Assembly: GCA_041690135.1 (NCBI GenBank)
Contig: JAWLHY010000004.1
Span: 160,001 to 224,000 of the forward strand
Length of the DNA stretch: 64,000 bases
From: Armatimonadota bacterium
GTDB lineage: Bacteria; Armatimonadota; SYMT01
Reading direction: 5' to 3'
Below are positions 1 to 9,276 of the stretch, in pieces (within the stretch, counting starts at the first letter, position 1; every line of letters starts with the position of its first letter). A program made the position numbers and the translations under genes. Below the pieces are notes generated by a model. That model had not been told where the DNA came from, did no database searches, and saw nothing but the letters and a program-made list of their open reading frames with translations.

Positions 1-690
1 CGAGCGGCCGAAGCACGCGTGGCAGCGGAGCAGGAGGTGGCCCAGGCCCAGGCGCGCATGGATGCGGCCCTCCTCCCGTATCAGCAGCAACTTCAGGCGG
101 CTCGCGAGGCATTTCAGGACGCGCAATCGGGGCGGAAGCTGGCCCTGGTCCGCGCGCCGATCAGCGGAACGGTCCTGGTGCTGAACGCGCAGGCGGGCCA
201 GGAGGTGGGGAAAGACCGCAAGACGCCGCTCGCCACCATTGTCGATCTGGATGAGCTCGAGCTCCACGGCAAGCTCTCGCCGGAAGCGGCCGGAGAGGTG
301 AAACCGGGGACCCCGGTCACGGTTACCGTGGAGAAGGTGCCGAACGAGACCTTCGAAGGCACGGTTGAATCGCTGACCACCCGTACCGCGGGGCCCTTGA
401 AACGGCAGGAGTATGTAGCGGTGGTCGGTCTCAAAAACCGGGGCGGCCACCTGAAGCCAGGGATGGAAGCGAACGCCGCGGCGCGGCTGGGGAAGGCCGA
501 AAACGTCCCGGCGGTCCCGGCGGGTGCCCTCCGCAGCGACGATGCCGGACGACCGGTGGTCCACGCCCTGCGGCAGGGCCAATGGGTGCCGGTGGTAGTA
601 GAACCCGGCCTGTCGGACGGACGTTATGTGGAGATCCGCTCCGGCCTGAAAGAGGGAGATATCGTTCAGGTCAAGCGGGATGTGTTGTAA
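1..690 (+). CDS. Efflux RND/ABC transporter periplasmic adaptor (HlyD/MFP family), 5'-truncated by the window edge
   Basis: Frame open from base 1. Coiled coil followed by the VRAPISGTV lipoyl-like motif and a C-terminal GLSDGRYVEIRSGLKEGD motif typical of membrane fusion proteins. Confidence 0.85.
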   Translation, partial: RAAEARVAAEQEVAQAQARMDAALLPYQQQLQAAREAFQDAQSGRKLALVRAPISGTVLVLNAQAGQEVGKDRKTPLATIVDLDELELHGKLSPEAAGEVKPGTPVTVTVEKVPNETFEGTVESLTTRTAGPLKRQEYVAVVGLKNRGGHLKPGMEANAAARLGKAENVPAVPAGALRSDDAGRPVVHALRQGQWVPVVVEPGLSDGRYVEIRSGLKEGDIVQVKRDVL

Positions 691-1294
691 GACTTTCCTG
701 CAACCGCGCCACGATCACCCCGAGGGCGGCCGGGTTCTCCCCGCCCTCGGGGAGGATCAGGTCCGCGTGTCGCCGGCTGGGCTCCACGAACTGCAGGTGC
801 ATCGGACGAACGGTCGATTCCCACTGCTCGACGACACTTTCCACCGTCCTCCCCCGCTCCGCGAGGTCCCGCCGGAGGCGACGGATGAAGCGGAGGTCCG
901 CGTCCGTATCCACGAACAGTTTCAAGTCCAGCAGGGACCGGATCCGCACGCTGGCCAGGATCAAGATTCCCTCCACGACCACGCACGGCTGGGGTGAGAT
1001 CAGGCGGGTTTCGGGACGCCGCAGATGCGTAACGAAGTCATAGAGCGGTGCATCGATCGCGCGGCCGGCTCTAAGGGCGAGGAGATGCGCGGCCAGCAGT
1101 TCCTCATCGATGGCGTTCGGATGGTCGTAGTTCAGCGCGGCGCGCTCGGCGGGGGAAAGATCCTGGCGGTCACGGTAGTAGGCATCCTGCTCCACCAGGG
1201 CTACGTGCTCGCTGCCCAGGGCCAGGATGAGGTTTCGGGCTACCGTCGTCTTCCCCGAACCGGAGCCGCCGGCCACGCCCACAATGAGTGGCAT
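671..1294 (-). CDS. udk: Uridine kinase
   Basis: GVAGGSGSGKTT P-loop, QDAYY, NYDHP, VVEGIL, RRLRRD..ERGR and FVEPSRRHADLI motifs. Confidence 0.95.
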   Translation of the reverse strand: MPLIVGVAGGSGSGKTTVARNLILALGSEHVALVEQDAYYRDRQDLSPAERAALNYDHPNAIDEELLAAHLLALRAGRAIDAPLYDFVTHLRRPETRLISPQPCVVVEGILILASVRIRSLLDLKLFVDTDADLRFIRRLRRDLAERGRTVESVVEQWESTVRPMHLQFVEPSRRHADLILPEGGENPAALGVIVARLQESLTTHPA

Positions 1295-1404
1295 CGCTCC
1301 TCCGCAATCAGGCGTATTTCAGCGCGCACGGGGAACGCGGTCGGCTCGAAAGAAGGGAACCGGGAGCGCCATCCACCGTGGGGGACGCTCCCGGTGCGGC
1401 TCGC

Positions 1405-1533
1405 TTACCGTCCGAAAGGCACCCACCAGTTGAAGTAAACCATGGCGGCAGCCCCGGCGGCCAGCATTCCGAGGGTCACCGTTACCCCCCAGAAGAGTGC
1501 GTCGGTCCAAGAGTCCCGGCTGTCGTGGTACAT
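1405..1533 (-). CDS. Small (42 aa) single-pass membrane protein
   Basis: ATG at 1533 with a GAGGTG RBS (1543-1548). MYHDSRDSWTDALFWGVTVTLGMLAAGAAAMVYFNWWVPFGR has one hydrophobic helix. A SigB-like promoter lies just upstream. Confidence 0.6.
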   Translation of the reverse strand: MYHDSRDSWTDALFWGVTVTLGMLAAGAAAMVYFNWWVPFGR

Positions 1534-1584
1534 GAAAGCGCCCACCTCGAATCCGTGAAGTAGATTACCAGCGTTGCTAACCGT

Positions 1585-1611
1585 ATACCCGGTGGAGCAA
1601 CTCTCCCAAAC
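1585..1611 (-). promoter_or_regulatory. SigB/SigF-type promoter for the small membrane protein
   Basis: Minus strand reads GTTT-gggagagttgctccacc(17)-GGGTAT. Confidence 0.6.
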
Positions 1612-1649
1612 GGCTCGCCCGGCGACTGGTGAACGAAGAGAGCCGTGGG

Positions 1650-1676
1650 GTGTGAAGGGCCGTTCGCTGTGGGTAT
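1650..1676 (+). promoter_or_regulatory. SigB/SigF-type promoter for the STAS gene
   Basis: GTGT-gaagggccgttcgctgt(17)-GGGTAT, one mismatch in the -35 element. Confidence 0.5.
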
Positions 1677-1808
1677 ACACGACCGTCAGGCCCGGCAGCG
1701 CTCATGCACGACAGCGGTTTCGCCGCTCCGGGCTCTCCTGTGGAATTGAGACAGATTTGCCGGCCCGCTGCGGCCACTGCATCACGAAAAGGTAGGACGG
1801 ATCGTAAC

Positions 1809-2195
1809 ATGGCGACTCCACTGCGGCTGGAATACAACGTAAGACGGATTGATGGGCTGCCCGTGCTGGCGGTGGCTGGGGAGATCGATATCTACACCGC
1901 TCCCCTCTTCAAACAGGCGGTCGTGAACTTGGTGTCGGAAGGCAGCACCCAGGTGATCATCGATCTCTCGGAAGTCACGTTCATGGACAGCAGCGGGTTC
2001 GGGACGCTGCTGGGGGCTACCAAGCGGCTGCGCCCGCTCGGTGGCGGGCTGCATCTGGCCGGCGTCAACGGCACCATCCAGCGGATGCTGCACCTCACCC
2101 GCCTCGACACGATCATGCGGGTCTACCCCACGCCCGAGGAAGCGGTCAAGGCAGTGCAGGCTAACGAACAGGCCGAAGCACGCCAGGCAGCCTGA
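1809..2195 (+). CDS. Anti-sigma factor antagonist (STAS domain, RsbV/SpoIIAA-like)
   Basis: GEIDIYTAP and DLSEVTFMDSSG (phospho-Ser motif). ATG at 1809 follows an AGGA RBS. Confidence 0.92.
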   Translation: MATPLRLEYNVRRIDGLPVLAVAGEIDIYTAPLFKQAVVNLVSEGSTQVIIDLSEVTFMDSSGFGTLLGATKRLRPLGGGLHLAGVNGTIQRMLHLTRLDTIMRVYPTPEEAVKAVQANEQAEARQAA

Positions 2196-2434
2196 CCGGC
2201 ACCAGCGTGTTTCCCTGAACGGGTGAAAAAGCCCGGAGAACCGAACGGGGTGAAGTCCCTGATGGCGGGCCTGGAGCCGAGCTGAAAGAGGCGTGTACTC
2301 TGTCCTCACCCAGGAACAGACCCCTTGCCGTCTTGGTCCGAACCGGATTCCCCCTTCTCCGCTGCGGCAAACGCGTCCGCAGGGAGAAGGGGGGTAGGGA
2401 TGGGTAGTTCAGTTTTCGGTAGGAGTCGGCCGGT

Positions 2435-2523
2435 AGACCCGGAGGGGCGACAAGAGGTTAGCCGGGGGTGCGAACCCCCGGATGTGAAGCCCGCACAGAG
2501 CAGCCCTGGAAGGGCGACAGAGC
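2435..2523 (+). repeat. ~90-nt REP/MITE-like palindromic element, copy A
   Basis: AGACCCGGAGGGGCG..TTAGCCGGGGGTGCGAACCCCCGGA..AGCCCTGGAAGGGCGACAGAGC. Homologous to 29584-29673 (-) and 52004-52092 (+). Confidence 0.8.
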
Positions 2524-2615
2524 ACCGCGCCGTGAGGAAAACTGAACTGCACTGGGGGGTAGGGGGAGGAGGCCCTCCTGGTCGGGTGGCGCTGTCGGGC
2601 TGGGCTCCGGAAACC

Positions 2616-3671
2616 CTAGAGCACCGCCGCTAACAGGCGCATCAGGTTGCCCCCCAGAATCTTACGCACGTCAGCTTCGCCGTATCCACGGCGAAGCAAC
2701 CCCTCCGTTAGGCCTGGAAACTCCGTAGCGTCGCGGAGGAGGGTCCCTCCCCCATCGAAGTCGGAGCCGATCCCCACGTGATCGATTCCCGCCACCCGGA
2801 CAGCGTGATCGAAGTGATCCAGCAAGCGTTCCAATGATGGCGCGTGAAGGTCGACGAACGAGGGCACGAAAGTAATGCCCACTACCCCCCCGTGGGATGC
2901 CAGCGCCTTCAACTGGCAGTCTGTGAGATTCCGAGGATGCTCGCAAAGGGCTGCGCAGCAACTGTGGGAGGCGATCACCGGTCGCCCTGAGACTTCGAGG
3001 GTATCGTAGAAACCCCGCTCCGCGATGTGAGAGACGTCCACCAGCATCCCGAGGCGGTTCATCTCCCGTACCAGTGCCTCGCCGAATTGGGTAAGCCCGC
3101 CGCCGCACCGGCTCTCACCGTTCCCGGCCGCCGCCCATGAACTGGGGTTGTGGGTCAGGGTGATGGATCGGATGCCCAGGTGATGGAACGCCTGGAGCAC
3201 ATTCAAACTGCCCTCGAGAGCGTCGCTGTTCTCTACCACCAGCAGGGCAGCCAGTTCCCCGGCCTCTCGCGCCGCGGGGAGGTCGGACGCCATGCGAACC
3301 ACCCGCACCTCGCCGGGCGATGTTTCCAGGTCGGCCAGAAAGAATCCGAAGGCATCCAGGGCATAGGCCAGATGGTTCTTCCAGGCGCGAGTCACGTCCA
3401 CCGCAAAGAACGCGGCGTCGATGCCACCTTCCCGCATCTTGGGGAACGTCATCTGCAGCGGCTGGGCCAGCGCCGCCAGGTCCAATGGGCCCCGCAGGAA
3501 AGACACGGTCCCTTCTCGGCCAACGAGGCCGGGGCGACCGAAGAAGCTCAGGTTGCCCCGCCGGATGTGCGCGACAATAGCGTCGTTGTGCGCGTCGATC
3601 ACCCACGCCCGCTGGTGAACCTGCCGAATTTCGTCGTCTAACATCAGCTTTCCCCGGAACTCTCGACCCAT
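2616..3671 (-). CDS. Membrane (renal-type) dipeptidase, peptidase M19
   Basis: IDAHND, TLTHN, LVDVSH, IASHS, RNLTD and HVGIGSDFDGG motifs. Confidence 0.93.
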   Translation of the reverse strand: MGREFRGKLMLDDEIRQVHQRAWVIDAHNDAIVAHIRRGNLSFFGRPGLVGREGTVSFLRGPLDLAALAQPLQMTFPKMREGGIDAAFFAVDVTRAWKNHLAYALDAFGFFLADLETSPGEVRVVRMASDLPAAREAGELAALLVVENSDALEGSLNVLQAFHHLGIRSITLTHNPSSWAAAGNGESRCGGGLTQFGEALVREMNRLGMLVDVSHIAERGFYDTLEVSGRPVIASHSCCAALCEHPRNLTDCQLKALASHGGVVGITFVPSFVDLHAPSLERLLDHFDHAVRVAGIDHVGIGSDFDGGGTLLRDATEFPGLTEGLLRRGYGEADVRKILGGNLMRLLAAVL

Positions 3672-3750
3672 GCACCGAAAGCCCCATCGCCCTGACTCCT
3701 GCCAGGGTGTATAGTATTACTGGAACTGATTAGTCCGTCAGGAGAATCGA

Positions 3751-4302
3751 TTGAAGCGAGTAATCTGCATCAGTGGTGACGCCGCCTCCGGTAAGACAAC
3801 GGCGGCCAAGCGCGTCTTGGCGCGCCTCCCAGGATGGAAACGTGTCAGCACCGGGCAGATGTTCCGCGAGTTCTGCGCCGAACGCGGCATCGACCCGCAA
3901 CAAATCCCGCACCTGGGCGACGACTTTCATCGGTCTGCCGACGAGCACATGCGCCAGACGCTCCTGCACGACCGCCAATTGATCGCGGAGGCCCGGCTCG
4001 TCGGTTACCTGGCGCGAGATCTGGAGGATGCCCTGCGGGTTTACTGCGACTGCCCGCTGGATGTTCGCGCCGAGCGCCATCAACAGCGGGAGCGGGAGTT
4101 GGGGCGGGACATGGATCTGGCCCAGGCACGCCGCGAGATCCGGGACCGCGACGCCGCCGACACGGCCAACCTGCGCCGTCTCCATGGCGTGGACTATCAC
4201 GACCGGCAGTACTACCACCTCTTCCTCGATACCCACGCGCTGGACCCGGACCAGATCGCCGAGGCCATTCTCGCTGCGGCTGCCGAATCCGATGAGGCGT
4301 AA
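3751..4302 (+). CDS. Cytidylate kinase-like P-loop kinase (archaeal Cmk type)
   Basis: ICISGDAASGKTT, STGQMFR, EARL, and RD..D..R..LHGVD..D...YHL.LDT. TTG start. Confidence 0.8.
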   Translation: MKRVICISGDAASGKTTAAKRVLARLPGWKRVSTGQMFREFCAERGIDPQQIPHLGDDFHRSADEHMRQTLLHDRQLIAEARLVGYLARDLEDALRVYCDCPLDVRAERHQQRERELGRDMDLAQARREIRDRDAADTANLRRLHGVDYHDRQYYHLFLDTHALDPDQIAEAILAAAAESDEA

Positions 4303-4450
4303 ACCTCAAAAAGATCTTTCCCGTACAAGACCTGTTCTCTACAGCAATTCAACACCGGCCGTGCAACATGCAGCCCGTCGCTGGTGTCATTCCTGAACGG
4401 CACGGGAACAAATCGCCGGGCATCAATTTAGCTGTGGAACGAACAAAGAG

Positions 4451-5020
4451 ATGGTAACACTCCGGAACCGATGGTCTTATGCCTGCCTGGTCGGCGGCGC
4501 CACCGCGGCCCTGCTGCTCGGTACGGCCGCGCTGGCCTTCCAGAACGAGCAAAAGAAGGACGCCGACCTGCCGCCCGACATTGCCAAACTTCCTTTTGAA
4601 ATTCGGGACGGCTACCGGAAATTCGTGAAGCGCTGCACCACCTGCCACGATCGCAAGCGCGTGGACGAGGCGAAGAAGTCGCTCTTCGAATGGCAGGGCA
4701 CCATCGGGACCATGGCGTTCAAAAAGGACGCCGACATCCCCCTGGACGAGCGCCACAGTATCTTCCTGTATCTCACCTACCTCCATGGCACCAAGGGCAC
4801 TCCCGAGCAGAAGGAGCAATACCTCGCTTTCCTGCAGAAGTGCGAAGACTGCCATGGCGTGAGCCTGATGTACAAAGAGAAGTACTCGATGAAGAAGTGG
4901 CCCGGCATCATTCACCGGATGGCCGGGAAGAACCAGGCGATGATCACTCCGGATGACGAGCAGAAGATCATGGGCTACATCTCCCGGATGCACCCCGACC
5001 TCTTCGGCGTCGACGAGTAG
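4451..5020 (+). CDS. Exported di-haem c-type cytochrome
   Basis: Signal peptide and two CxxCH motifs (CTTCH, CEDCH) in two internally repeated halves, each with a W..xI..M motif. Confidence 0.8.
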   Translation: MVTLRNRWSYACLVGGATAALLLGTAALAFQNEQKKDADLPPDIAKLPFEIRDGYRKFVKRCTTCHDRKRVDEAKKSLFEWQGTIGTMAFKKDADIPLDERHSIFLYLTYLHGTKGTPEQKEQYLAFLQKCEDCHGVSLMYKEKYSMKKWPGIIHRMAGKNQAMITPDDEQKIMGYISRMHPDLFGVDE

Positions 5021-5057
5021 TCTCCGGAGGCCGAAAACAGATATTACACGGACCATC

Positions 5058-5091
5058 ACCCCGGCGCGGAGGTATTTCCGCGCCGGGGTTT
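5058..5091 (+). terminator. Intrinsic terminator
   Basis: ACCCCGGCGCGGA-ggtatt-TCCGCGCCGGGGT followed by T residues. Confidence 0.7.
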
Positions 5092-5207
5092 GCGTCTGTT
5101 CCGTAGGCAAGCAGTGTCTACAGAGGAGTAGTTCCAGCCCCTACAGAAGGATTCGGATGAGCACAAGCACATTTGGATCGTGCTCACGCGAATACTCCTA
5201 ACTTCCA

Positions 5208-6611
5208 TTGCCTGGGCAGATCAAACGGGCGCGACTCGCCCTGATCCTCTCCACCGGTGCGCTGCTTTTCCTCGTGGCGGTCTGCTGGTTTGTCGTGAGT
5301 GCCCTCCGCCCACAGACCCGTCTGCCGGACGGCACCGTGCTCGTCTTCGAAGGGGTCACCTACGGCACGGAGCACCGGCACCGGAGCGGCCCTGTCCTCG
5401 GGTCGTTCCTCGCTCCCATACTCCCCCCGGAACTCGCCCGGCGTATCGGCATCAGGGAAGCGACCCTCAGTCCGGTGAACATCGGACCGAGCCCGGCTCC
5501 CGAGCCTCCCGGGGCGCCGAGGGACTTTCTGGTCTTCTGGTTCCGTCGTACCGGTCCCAGGTCGTCCCGTTTTCAGAACCGGCTGGGATTCACCTACAAC
5601 CCGTCCCTTCCCCATGCCCCGACGGGACAGGCGCGGAGCGTCCATCCCGGGAACGCATCGCGAGACCTGGAAGCCTGGGTGGTGACTTCCTGGGATCGCC
5701 GCGCGCCGCAGATCGGGTTGGCCCGGGAGATCAACGGCTTGAAACAACCGCTACGCCTCGTCGTATCGAACCCCGGCCGGGTGGTTGGGTCGCCACCGAA
5801 AGTACCTCCTTTACCCGTAAAGGCTCGTGATCGAGAGGTGGAGGTGAGCCTGAGCACGCTGGTGGCCAATGTCCGTGACGAGCGCCTCTTCGCCGGGCGG
5901 CCTCCGCACCGGATCAGCGTGGCGATCCTGCAGACGCGCGACCTCCAGCACACAGGTCGAACCTGGACTCCCGGCCAGGTAGATCTCACCGATACTTCCG
6001 GGAACTGGTTCCTGGGCCATCCCCCTGCCTTCCGGCCTTCACGCAAGCTACACCGGTCGCTGGCCATGTTCCCCACCCATTTTCCGGTGGATGAACCGTG
6101 GGAATTCCGGGTTGAGCTGGTGCAGTCCGGAGGCTACGCGCCACACCAACTCTGGAAGGTGGGCCCGGTCGTGCTGCCTCCCCGCAACCAGATCCAACCC
6201 TTCCCACCTCAACGGCGCTACCAGTTCTCGGGTTACCGTTTGCTGGGGATCACCGGACGAAACGTGGGACGCGCCTTTGGAGTGTACTCGCCGGAGTGGT
6301 CACCCTCCGTTTACCTCCAGGCACCGAGCCGCGATGCCGCCATCACTCTGCTCCAGGCCACCGACCAGCAGCAACGCCCCGTAAAAATACGGCTGTCACG
6401 GGGACACGGGTTGATTCGGGCCTTCAGTCTCATGCCCGATACCCATGTACGCAGCGTGAATCTCACCCTGGCGTTGCAGGAACAACGCCAGGTGACGATA
6501 AGAGCGCTTCCTACGTCCGAGCGGCTTCCGGACGAACTTTTCGCCGGCAGGCGCCGCCGAGACCGAAACAACTCGCGGAGAGGACCCGTCGCAACGCAGC
6601 GCGCGAATTAG
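5208..6611 (+). CDS. Hypothetical membrane-anchored protein
   Basis: 467-aa ORF with an N-terminal TM helix. No recognisable motif; codon usage is less GC-biased than neighbours. Confidence 0.6.
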   Translation: MPGQIKRARLALILSTGALLFLVAVCWFVVSALRPQTRLPDGTVLVFEGVTYGTEHRHRSGPVLGSFLAPILPPELARRIGIREATLSPVNIGPSPAPEPPGAPRDFLVFWFRRTGPRSSRFQNRLGFTYNPSLPHAPTGQARSVHPGNASRDLEAWVVTSWDRRAPQIGLAREINGLKQPLRLVVSNPGRVVGSPPKVPPLPVKARDREVEVSLSTLVANVRDERLFAGRPPHRISVAILQTRDLQHTGRTWTPGQVDLTDTSGNWFLGHPPAFRPSRKLHRSLAMFPTHFPVDEPWEFRVELVQSGGYAPHQLWKVGPVVLPPRNQIQPFPPQRRYQFSGYRLLGITGRNVGRAFGVYSPEWSPSVYLQAPSRDAAITLLQATDQQQRPVKIRLSRGHGLIRAFSLMPDTHVRSVNLTLALQEQRQVTIRALPTSERLPDELFAGRRRRDRNNSRRGPVATQRAN

Positions 6612-6632
6612 CGACAGAACAGCGGATCCGGC

Positions 6633-6672
6633 AAACAGATTTTCGACCGCGCAGGACCGGATCCGGTATAAT
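6633..6672 (+). promoter_or_regulatory. sigma70-type promoter of sbcC with an overlapping weak LexA-like box
   Basis: Perfect TATAAT at 6667-6672, 8 nt before the ATG with no RBS. AAAC-agat-TTTC at 6633-6644 abuts the -35 region. Confidence 0.5.
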
Positions 6673-6680
6673 GACAGGCG

Positions 6681-9236
6681 ATGATTCCCCTTCGTCTCCA
6701 CCTGCAGAACTTCCTTTCGTACGGCGACTCCGGTGCGCCCATCGACTTCGAAGGCATCCACGTTGCCTGCCTTTGCGGCCCCAACGGGCACGGTAAGAGC
6801 ACTCTCCTGGATGCAATTACCTGGGCGCTATGGGGCCAGGCCCGGACGAACACGGCCGATGACCTGGTCCGGCTCGGCCAGACCTCCATGCTGGTCGACT
6901 TTGAGTTCCTGGTAGACGGACAGCACTACCGCGTGACCCGCCGCCGCACCAAGGGGAAATCCAGCCAGAGCGATCTCCAGTTCCAGGTCCGCGAGGGAGA
7001 GGGCGAATGGCGGGCCCTTACGGGGCAGGGGGTTCGCGGCACCCAGGAGAGGATCGTCCAATCGCTCCGGATGGACTACGAGACGTTCATCAACTCGGCG
7101 TTCATCCTTCAGGGCCGGGCCGACGAATTCGCGCGGAAGACACCGGGAGACCGCAAGAAAATCCTGGGCGAGATCCTCAACCTGGGGCAGTACGACCAGC
7201 TCCACGACGCCGCGCGCGCCCGCCGGGCCGACGCACGGATGCGGGTCAACGCCCTGGAGGCGGATCTCCAACGCATGGAAGCCGAGCAGCGCCGCCTTCC
7301 CGAGCTAACGGCCCAGGTGGAAAAGCTGACCCAACTCCACACCCAGGCGGAGTTGGCCGTGGAGCGTTCCCGCACGGAGCTCCAGCAGATCCTGCTGGAG
7401 CAGGCCCGCCTGGACGAGCATCGACGCCAACGCGAAGACCTGGACCGCCGCCTCGCCGGCGCCGAGGCGCGCTTGAAGTCGGACCGACAGCTCCTCGCCG
7501 CAGCGCAGGCGCGGATAGCGCAGGCCGAAACCCTGGTCAAACGCGCGCCGGAGATCCGCGGTCGCGCCCAGGAGTACTACGCCCTGTGCAAAGAACGGGA
7601 CGAGCTCGCCGCGGCGGCCGCCCAGCTCCGGACCCTGGAACGCGAGCGAGAGATGCTCCAGCGGCGCGTGCGCGAGGCGGAGTACCAGATCCAGAGCCGT
7701 CTCCAACTGGTCCGCCAGCGGGTGCGCGAATTGCGAGCCCGCACCGAACAGCTCCCCAAAATCCAGGAGCAGGTAGGCGACCTGGACCGGCAGGTGGCAG
7801 GGCTGGACCGTCTCCAGGAGCAGTCCGCCGCGCTCCAGGCACGCCTTCAAGATCTGGCCGCCGTCCGGGCGGAAGCAGCAGCCGAACTCCGCCGCTGTGA
7901 GGAAGAGCTGACCAAAGCCGATGAACGGTTCCAGACCCTCAAGGCGGCCCGCGCGCAGTGCCCCATCTGTGAGGGCGCACTGCCCGAAGAGAAGCGGCTG
8001 GAGCTCGGCCGGCAACTCCGGGACCAGAAAAGTGCGCTAAAAACCGCGCAAGGGGCGGCGATCCAGAAGGAGGCGGATGCCCGGCGTGCGGACGAGGAGA
8101 TCCGCCGCGGGCTGCAGGACCTGGACCGGAAGCTCAAGACTGGGCAGCACATGCGCGACCGCCTGGCCCAGGCCCGCCAGACCCTGCTGGAACTGGAGAC
8201 CGCGACGAAAGAACTACCCGGAGAGCTGAAAATCGCCGCAGAGTTGGAAAAGCAGCTCGAGGCCGGAAGTTTTGCTGCCGAGGAACAACAGCAACTGCGT
8301 GAGCTGGAAGCACGCATCAAAGCCCTTAACTACGATGAACGCCGAGCGACCACGCTCACCTCGCGCATTCAGCAACTGGCCTCTGCGGAACGTGACCTGC
8401 ACAGCCTCGAACAGGCGGAAGCCGCCTTGCCCGAGCACCGGCAGCAGGTCGAAACGCTGCAGGCGGCACTCCTGACGCAGGAAGAAGCACTCGCCGACGA
8501 CCGCGCTGCCCGGGCGCAGGCGGTTAAGGAACTGGAGCGGGTCCCCGCGGTGGAGGCCGAAACCCGCCGCCGAGACGGTGCGCTGGCCCAGGCGGAGCGG
8601 GAAGAAGCAGGGCTGGCGAAGCAGCTCGGGGCCGCTCACGAGGCCCTGAAGCAGTGTGAGGCCCTCGCCGCCCAGATCGCGGAGCGGCGGAAAGAGCGAG
8701 AGGCGGCGGCCCGGGACGAGGCGATACACGAGGAGTTGGCTAAAGCCTTCGGGCGCAACGGTATCCAGGCGCTCATTATTGAGAACGCGCTCCCGGAGAT
8801 CGAGACGGAAGCCAACCTGCTCCTGGCCCGGATGACCGAAGGCCAGCTCTCAGTCCGCCTCAACAGCCAGAAGGAGCTCAAGTCCGGTGGCCAGGCCGAG
8901 ACCCTGGAGATCGAGATCAGCGACGGCATGGGCCCGCGGCGCTATGAGTTGTTCAGCGGCGGGGAAGCGTTCCGGGTCAACTTCGCCATCCGGATCGCGC
9001 TGTCCAAGCTCCTGGCCCGCCGCGCCGGCGCCCGCCTGGAGACGCTGGTCATCGACGAAGGCTTCGGCTCGCAGGACGAGGAAGGTCGCACGCGTATCAT
9101 CGAGGCGATTGGCGCCGTGCAGGAGGACTTCGCCCGGATCCTGGTCATCACCCACCTGGATGAGCTGAAGGAGAAGTTCCCCACGCGCATCGAAGTCACC
9201 AAGGGAACCGCCGGAAGCCAGGTAGCGATCTACTGA
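6681..9236 (+). CDS. sbcC: SbcC/Rad50-type SMC ATPase
   Basis: GPNGHGKST Walker A, LQG Q-loop, long coiled coil with CPIC zinc hook, FSGGE signature, IDEGFG Walker B and ITH motif. Confidence 0.93.
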   Translation: MIPLRLHLQNFLSYGDSGAPIDFEGIHVACLCGPNGHGKSTLLDAITWALWGQARTNTADDLVRLGQTSMLVDFEFLVDGQHYRVTRRRTKGKSSQSDLQFQVREGEGEWRALTGQGVRGTQERIVQSLRMDYETFINSAFILQGRADEFARKTPGDRKKILGEILNLGQYDQLHDAARARRADARMRVNALEADLQRMEAEQRRLPELTAQVEKLTQLHTQAELAVERSRTELQQILLEQARLDEHRRQREDLDRRLAGAEARLKSDRQLLAAAQARIAQAETLVKRAPEIRGRAQEYYALCKERDELAAAAAQLRTLEREREMLQRRVREAEYQIQSRLQLVRQRVRELRARTEQLPKIQEQVGDLDRQVAGLDRLQEQSAALQARLQDLAAVRAEAAAELRRCEEELTKADERFQTLKAARAQCPICEGALPEEKRLELGRQLRDQKSALKTAQGAAIQKEADARRADEEIRRGLQDLDRKLKTGQHMRDRLAQARQTLLELETATKELPGELKIAAELEKQLEAGSFAAEEQQQLRELEARIKALNYDERRATTLTSRIQQLASAERDLHSLEQAEAALPEHRQQVETLQAALLTQEEALADDRAARAQAVKELERVPAVEAETRRRDGALAQAEREEAGLAKQLGAAHEALKQCEALAAQIAERRKEREAAARDEAIHEELAKAFGRNGIQALIIENALPEIETEANLLLARMTEGQLSVRLNSQKELKSGGQAETLEIEISDGMGPRRYELFSGGEAFRVNFAIRIALSKLLARRAGARLETLVIDEGFGSQDEEGRTRIIEAIGAVQEDFARILVITHLDELKEKFPTRIEVTKGTAGSQVAIY

Positions 9237-9276
9237 CATTCCCATCCTACCTGAAGGGTAACCGTCAGATCCCGAG

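Noticed and set aside
1570-1702. Long rod-like fold suggesting 6S or SRP RNA
   Set aside because: No SRP GGAA-loop motif and too short and asymmetric for 6S. The main inverted repeat is explained by two divergent GGGTAT -10 elements.
2258-2306. Hammerhead-like CTGATGG...GAAA
   Set aside because: The core reads CUGAUGG rather than CUGAUGA, there is no valid NUH cleavage triplet, and stem I is missing.
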